Source of the DNA: Verrucomicrobiota bacterium
GTDB taxonomy: Bacteria > Verrucomicrobiota > Verrucomicrobiia > Limisphaerales > AAA164-E04
Assembly: GCA_047947115.1 (NCBI GenBank)
Contig: CP170459.1
Location: forward strand, 4,864,001 to 4,928,000
DNA length: 64,000 nt
Direction: 5' to 3'
How positions within the stretch are numbered: position 1 is the first letter of the stretch; every line of letters begins with the position of its first letter. A program made the position numbers and the translations under genes. The notes under the pieces were generated by a model. It was not told the origin of the DNA. It saw only the letters and a list, made by a program, of their open reading frames with translations, and ran no database searches. Of this stretch, positions 58,613 through 64,000 are shown one piece after another.

Positions 58613-61600
58613 GAAAACAGAAACTCAAAATCTTTTAAACTCAGCGATTCGGAGAATTTCTCCTCTCCCAACACATCTTCCGCCATGGATTTTTTTGTTT
58701 TCTGTAAAGCTCGAATCTTTTCTTCGATGCTGTTTTTAATCAGCAATCGATAAGCGATCACCTTGTTGGTCTGGCCGATGCGATGCGTTCGATCGATGGC
58801 CTGATTTTCTACAGCGGGATTCCACCAGGGATCGAACAGCACGACGTAACTGGCAGCGGTCAGGTTCAACCCTGAACCACCGGCTTTGAGTGAAATGAGA
58901 AACACCCCCGCTCCGTCATGGGCCTGGAATGAATCGACCAGGGATCCTCGTTCCTCCGTTTTGCCGGTCAGTTTCCAGATTTTCCACTTTTGCTTTTTCA
59001 ACTGCTTTTCCAACAAATCCAAAAGTTCAACAAACTGGGAAAACACCAGCACTTTGTTCCCCTCCTCCATGATGGGTTCCAATTGTTCCAGCAAAGCTTC
59101 GAGTTTGGCGCTTTCCGCTTTGGAGGCCGAACGAATCAATTTCGGATGACAACAGATTTGACGCAACCGCAGCAAAGACGTCAAAAAATTGAATCGCAGT
59201 TTGTTCAATTCTTCCTTGGTTTTGACCTTGAGAAGCAATTGTTGGGCGCGCTTTTGTTCGGCTTTGTAAAGGGTTTCCTGTTCGCCTTCCATTTCACAGA
59301 AAATATCCTCCTCAATGCGGTCTGGCAGGTCATTGGCCACTTGCGCCTTCGTTCGACGAATCAGGAATGGACGAACTCTTGAGGACAACCTCAAACGGGC
59401 AAATGGATCATCCTTTGCGTTGTAAAGTTTCCCGAACTGATTGCGACTGCCCAAAACGCCCGGCATCGAAAATGCCATCAAACTCCAGAGATCCAACAAC
59501 CTGTTTTCAATGGGGGTACCAGTGAGAACCAGGCGGTGCAATGCGTTTAAAGACCTTGCGATCTGGGCGCTCTGGGAGGAAGGGTTCTTGATGTATTGCC
59601 CCTCATCCAGAATGACGGTCAAAAACTGTACAACTCCCAAAGGTTCCCCAAGGGATCGAAGTTGGTTGTAGTTGATGACGTGAAGATGGTAGGAAAACAC
59701 TTCGGAGTCGAACTGGTCCAGTTCCCTCGGGTTCCAAACCTTGACCTTGAGTCCGGTCACAAACTTTTCGGCTTCCGCCCGCCAGTTATCCATCACACTT
59801 TTCGGGCAAACGACCAATGAGGGCAATTTTCTGTGAGCTTTCTTGCAGCGCAGCCACTCAAGCCAGGCGAGTGTCTGAAGCGTTTTGCCCAATCCCATGT
59901 CATCCGCCAGGATGCCGCCGAACTGATTGGTGGAAAGGTAGGCTAGAAAATGAAATCCCTCCACCTGATAGGATCGCATGTCCGCTTTGATGGTCCGGGG
60001 TATTGCCGGTTGAACGCTCGTTTTTACTTTTTCCCCTCTGATCCGAATGGCCTCGGCCTGCTTTTCGGGAAGAAACCGCGCGGCCACGGGATTCGCCAAC
60101 TGCAAAGCGTGAAACCGCTGAGGCTCGCCACCCATGTTTTCGGGGCTGATCCCCAGTTTCGCCAGGTCCCGGCTGTCTTCCTCACTGATTTCATAAAGCA
60201 TCCGGCGCCATCCTTTTTCCCCCATCCGAACCCATTTACCTTTGGCTTTCGTCAGGAGCTGGATTTCTTCTGTTGTCAATTCGGTGTCTTCGATTTTTGT
60301 AACAAGCTGCACATCAAACCAATCAATATCGTTTTCCTTGGCGGTCAAGCTGACGGAGCGACTCGCCGATTTTTTGGAAAACGATTCCAAGGGCCCCTCC
60401 AGACGCACCTCCACTTCCCGGGGCAAAGTTTCCAACCATTCAAAAAACTGTTTGGGGAAGGCGTTGGAAATCTTCTTCCTGAATTGTGAAATTCCCTTCT
60501 CATAGGAATAACGTCCGTACGGGATACTCTGCCGCACTTTGAGCGGATCCATAATGGATGGCACACCGCTCAACTGCCCTTGGTCATGGATCACAAAGTT
60601 TTTTCCTTTCGCGCCCTGATTCTCCTGCAACACAAGTGAGTCCCCATCCGATTCCACATTGATCCAATGACCATCCGACCAAGCCTTAAGCAGTTCACCA
60701 TCGGTATTCGCCGCAAATACCTCCACAAGACATTCCTCTACGGACGCGCCATCCAACCGGCATCTCAAGACAGGATGCAAAGACTGGATATCGATTCTTT
60801 CTTGAATGTGTTTCGGAAAACGCACGCCTGCGTTTTGAAAAAAACAGACACCATCCTGACTCTCAATCACCTCCTTTGGAACAAATCGGACGCCACGAAA
60901 TGGAAACAACTTGTCCAAGAACTTTGGACCGACTCGCCATTCGTTTCCGGTCCGATACAGGGTCGGTTTCCCATGCAAAGTCCACCCCGGCTCTTCGATT
61001 GGGGCGCCATCAGATGCTTCCAAAAAGAATTCATACCCCTCCCAGCCTTCATGAACCTTGGGCTGCATGGCCCACACAAGGGGGACATCGCTGAATGCAA
61101 AAGGATTTCCGGCTTGATCCACACATTTCGATCTCAAATGGGGGCTCATCAGAAGACCAATCAGTGATTGAGCATCTGAATGAGAAGCAAAATGCAGCGA
61201 GACCCGATAATGGGACCGTTGATCTTCATCCTGAATGCGACCAAACAATGATTCATCATCGGCTGACATGGAGATGCGGCCTTGATGCAGATCTTCCATC
61301 ATCTGTTGGGCAGCTTTCCGCGTCATTTTGGTCCAACCAAGATCTTCCCTGTTCGATTCCAACATCGCCTTGTCATTTTGAAGTTTAAGACGCAATTGGA
61401 CAGGAGTTCCCTTCTTTGTGAAAGCACCCCCATCCAAGGCCATGCCTCTTGAGGCCCCGCCCTGCCACTCGTCTTGCAGAAAGAGGGTCTGCCAGTGATT
61501 GATGATTTTTCGCCGTTCCAACTGCAGCATTCGGTCAGCTATGAGGGAAACATCGCTGACTGGCTCCAGTTCCATGGGAAATGTTCCTCCATTTTTCCGG

Positions 61601-62190
61601 CAATACGCCACGATATGGAGCCAAAAAACATGATCGTTTTCGGGAAATTCATCCCACAAATCGATCGTCCCCCAAAAATAAGTATCGCACTGAACGTTTA
61701 TCCGACTCAGCATCCACGCATTTGGGGTGCTCTTTCTGGGAACCAATTCCTCGTAGATTGCGTTGACAGACTTGACTGCCAACATTTCCTTTTTGGACAA
61801 GGGCTCACCCTTCGCTTTACGGAAAGCCTCCTCCAATGCCGAGGAGTTTTGTTTGCTAGCAGGCTGTTTATCCAGATGAGAAGGTTGTTTACCAAGTTGT
61901 TTCAGAGCCAGAATCACCGCAAACATGTGCTCGCAATAGTCGTAACAATCCAACCCGCTGCATCCCCCAACCCAACCTTCTTCATCGTAATGGGAAAGCC
62001 ATACCTCACTGGTCTCGTTCTGACAGACAACGACAGCATCCACGTCATCGGCTCCGGAAATCATCTCCAAATGTCGAACGGCTCCTTGAGCATGGATTTC
62101 CACACCTTTTTGCATCATATCAGCGTCAAATTCTCTCGAAAACGGGTTGAGATCTTTGATTGCTTCGGGACTGATTTGTCTTTCACTCAT
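58609..62190 (-). CDS. SNF2/SWI2-family helicase with N-terminal SWIM-like Zn finger
   Basis: C...C...CEH; ILADDMGLGKT; DEGQ; LTGTPIEN; VFSQF; GGSGLNLT; DPWWNPAVENQAIDRTHRIGQ. Confidence 0.95.
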   Translation of the reverse strand: MSERQISPEAIKDLNPFSREFDADMMQKGVEIHAQGAVRHLEMISGADDVDAVVVCQNETSEVWLSHYDEEGWVGGCSGLDCYDYCEHMFAVILALKQLGKQPSHLDKQPASKQNSSALEEAFRKAKGEPLSKKEMLAVKSVNAIYEELVPRKSTPNAWMLSRINVQCDTYFWGTIDLWDEFPENDHVFWLHIVAYCRKNGGTFPMELEPVSDVSLIADRMLQLERRKIINHWQTLFLQDEWQGGASRGMALDGGAFTKKGTPVQLRLKLQNDKAMLESNREDLGWTKMTRKAAQQMMEDLHQGRISMSADDESLFGRIQDEDQRSHYRVSLHFASHSDAQSLIGLLMSPHLRSKCVDQAGNPFAFSDVPLVWAMQPKVHEGWEGYEFFLEASDGAPIEEPGWTLHGKPTLYRTGNEWRVGPKFLDKLFPFRGVRFVPKEVIESQDGVCFFQNAGVRFPKHIQERIDIQSLHPVLRCRLDGASVEECLVEVFAANTDGELLKAWSDGHWINVESDGDSLVLQENQGAKGKNFVIHDQGQLSGVPSIMDPLKVRQSIPYGRYSYEKGISQFRKKISNAFPKQFFEWLETLPREVEVRLEGPLESFSKKSASRSVSLTAKENDIDWFDVQLVTKIEDTELTTEEIQLLTKAKGKWVRMGEKGWRRMLYEISEEDSRDLAKLGISPENMGGEPQRFHALQLANPVAARFLPEKQAEAIRIRGEKVKTSVQPAIPRTIKADMRSYQVEGFHFLAYLSTNQFGGILADDMGLGKTLQTLAWLEWLRCKKAHRKLPSLVVCPKSVMDNWRAEAEKFVTGLKVKVWNPRELDQFDSEVFSYHLHVINYNQLRSLGEPLGVVQFLTVILDEGQYIKNPSSQSAQIARSLNALHRLVLTGTPIENRLLDLWSLMAFSMPGVLGSRNQFGKLYNAKDDPFARLRLSSRVRPFLIRRTKAQVANDLPDRIEEDIFCEMEGEQETLYKAEQKRAQQLLLKVKTKEELNKLRFNFLTSLLRLRQICCHPKLIRSASKAESAKLEALLEQLEPIMEEGNKVLVFSQFVELLDLLEKQLKKQKWKIWKLTGKTEERGSLVDSFQAHDGAGVFLISLKAGGSGLNLTAASYVVLFDPWWNPAVENQAIDRTHRIGQTNKVIAYRLLIKNSIEEKIRALQKTKKSMAEDVLGEEKFSESLSLKDFEFLFS

Positions 62191-62326
62191 TTGAAAAAAA
62201 GCCTGTTTTTAAAGATTTAAAGACACATGACAAAAAACTGGCAGGGAAGCAAATTAATAAGGAGTTTTGACCGAGACCGACTTGTTCCTGCTTGTGTCCC
62301 GCTCTTTCAACGGTTAATTTGCATTC

Positions 62327-62721
62327 GGTTTCAGGGAGACAGAGGATCGCTTCCGGTCTTGAGCCGGGGGAGGAAAGTCCGAACTCCAAAGAGCACGATG
62401 CCGCGTAATCCCGTTTTCGGGCGGGAGTACATGCGGGCAGCGCATCCGCGAGGAAGTGTTGACGGCCAGTGCAGCAGAAAATAAACCGCCCCGTTTCGGC
62501 GGGGTAAGGGTGAAATGGTGGGGTAAGAGCCCACCGCTCGAGGAGTAATCCAAGAGGCACGGTAAACCCCATCGGGTGCAAGACCAAATAGGGAGCCTGG
62601 AGGCTGCTCGTCTCGTGTCCGTTTCGGCGGACGAGGTTCCGGGTTGGGTCGCTCAGATAAATGGTCCTCCGTCCCGATTCATCGGGATCGACAAAATTCG
62701 GCTTATCGTCTCCTTGAAACC
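62327..62721 (+). ncRNA. rnpB: RNase P RNA (type A)
   Basis: gaggaaagtccgaactc; cagaaa; gggtgaaatggtggggtaagagcccacc; ggtaaacccc; acaaaattcggcttat; P1 ggtttcagggagac/gtctccttgaaacc. Confidence 0.97.
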
Positions 62722-62789
62722 AATTTCAGTTTTCGATTGCGATTTGTGCTGTTTATGGCTCAATAGCACCTTCATTCCTTAATTTAATT

Positions 62790-64000
62790 ATGTGGAAATC
62801 ATCGTTTAAATCGCTGGCGGCAACCATGGTTGCCATCACGGCTGGAGCCCTTGGGTTCTCCAGTCAGCAATTGGAAGCACAACTGAACCTCGAAGATGGG
62901 GATCGAGTCTGCATCATCGGCAACACCTTAGCCACGCGCATTCAATACAGCGGCTGGCTTGAAACTCTGATTCAGAGCCGCTCCCAAGGCAAGCACCTGA
63001 CATTCAGAAATCTCGGTTTCCCCGGAGATCAAGTGGCAAAACGTCCACGAAACTCGGGGTTCATGACTCCGGAAGAATACCTCACTCATTGTGAAGCCGA
63101 TGTCATCTTCGCCATGTTCGGTTACAACGAATCTTTCGCAGGAGAAGAAGGATTGGATGCCTTCAAAAACGATCTCCGCAGCATGATTGACAATTACCGC
63201 AACCTCAAACCCAACGGCAAAACCGAGCCCATCATCGTTTTGTTCTCTCCCATTGCGAACGAGGACATTGACGACCGCAATATTCCGGACGGAACCAAAA
63301 ACAACGCCAATCTGGCTCTCTATACCGCAGCCACCCGCCAAGTCGCCGTTGAAAAGAATGTCTCCTTTGTCGACCTGTTCGCAGCCAGCCAGGCACTCTA
63401 CCAGGCTTCGGATGAACCATTGACCTTGAATGGCATTCACCTCAACGACGAAGGCAACCGCCTGATCGCCCAGTTCATCGGCTCCACCCTGCTGAACGAA
63501 TCCTTCACCGCCAGTTCCGAACTGGAAAAACTCCGTCAGGCCGTGTTGGACAAGAATTTCCACTGGTTCAACCGCTACCGTGCCACCGACGGCAATGACG
63601 TCTGGGGTGGACGCTCCACTCTCAAATTCGTTCAGGGCCAGACCAACCGCGAGGTTCTGATGCATGAATTGATCATGTTCGACATCATGACCGCCAACCG
63701 CGACATACGCATCTGGACCTTGACCGAAGGCCGCGATATTGAAATCGACGACAGCAACGTTCCCCCTCCCGTTCAAGTGGTATCGAACGTCGGCGGCGGC
63801 AGCCCCAGCTCCAGCGCCCAGAAGGAAGGAAACCTGAATTACCAGGACGGCCAACAGGCCATCGGCAGCATGACCGTCCCGGAAGGTTTTGAAATCAACC
63901 TGTTCGCAGATGAAAAACGTTTCCCCGAACTGGTCAACCCCGTTCAACTTTCCGTCGACACCAAAGGTCGCCTTTGGGCCGCCACATGGAAAACCTATCC
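62790..64000 (+). CDS. Secreted SGNH/GDSL + PVC-type membrane-bound dehydrogenase (probable heme-binding) protein; 3' truncated, missing from the ORF track
   Basis: ATG 62790, MWKSSFKSLAATMVAITAGALG...; GDRVCIIGNT; RNLGFPGD; FGYNE; NGIHLN; VPEGFEINLFADEKRFPELVNPVQLSVDTKGRLW; open to the window end. Confidence 0.88.
   Translation, partial: MWKSSFKSLAATMVAITAGALGFSSQQLEAQLNLEDGDRVCIIGNTLATRIQYSGWLETLIQSRSQGKHLTFRNLGFPGDQVAKRPRNSGFMTPEEYLTHCEADVIFAMFGYNESFAGEEGLDAFKNDLRSMIDNYRNLKPNGKTEPIIVLFSPIANEDIDDRNIPDGTKNNANLALYTAATRQVAVEKNVSFVDLFAASQALYQASDEPLTLNGIHLNDEGNRLIAQFIGSTLLNESFTASSELEKLRQAVLDKNFHWFNRYRATDGNDVWGGRSTLKFVQGQTNREVLMHELIMFDIMTANRDIRIWTLTEGRDIEIDDSNVPPPVQVVSNVGGGSPSSSAQKEGNLNYQDGQQAIGSMTVPEGFEINLFADEKRFPELVNPVQLSVDTKGRLWAATWKTY

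Noticed and set aside
51027..62190. Druantia defence system (DruA-like domain plus nearby helicase)
   Set aside because: The domain lies inside an IS, and the helicase 6 kb away is an ordinary SWIM-SNF2, not DruE
62183..62782. Short ORFs overlapping rnpB
   Set aside because: Explained by the RNase P RNA gene
62928..63947. 339-aa minus-strand ORF, and similar long antisense ORFs (706..1719, 2704..3777, 6074..7348)
   Set aside because: Antisense shadows of well-supported genes on the opposite strand

Overview
Chromosomal segment of a bacterium that is most likely a PVC-superphylum member, probably Verrucomicrobiota. This is inferred from planctomycete-type cytochrome c domains, a PVC-type SGNH/dehydrogenase gene, a sulfatase, an FG-GAP protein and many exported carbohydrate-active proteins. 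It holds about 40 CDS: housekeeping genes (lpxA, radC, DEAD-box helicase, leuA, galM, uxaA-like, SNF2, exbBD/TonB-like), a MacB/TolC-type exporter operon, an NhaR-like LysR with carbonic anhydrase and SulP, and the RNase P RNA gene. The main non-obvious elements are: (1) a 7 x 197-bp tandem array built from two inverted GGAG-tagged palindromes, whose stems are invariant while loops vary, inside a repeat-dense zone (about 1-5.6 kb) that also has a ~110-bp inverted repeat pair and a 41-bp tandem repeat; (2) a 1872-bp ISAs1-like element with a 10-bp target duplication, an N-terminal DUF4338/DruA-like domain and a -1 frame change at a C5T5 run; (3) an unannotated Leu-rich leader peptide and attenuator upstream of leuA; (4) a radical SAM enzyme with the MenK/MqnK QxTxYPLM signature; (5) two genes (CE15 esterase, HDOD protein) each broken by one in-frame stop; (6) an orphan strong terminator suggesting an sRNA. 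No CRISPR array, tRNA or rRNA was seen. All family calls are from motif recognition by eye, without database searches.
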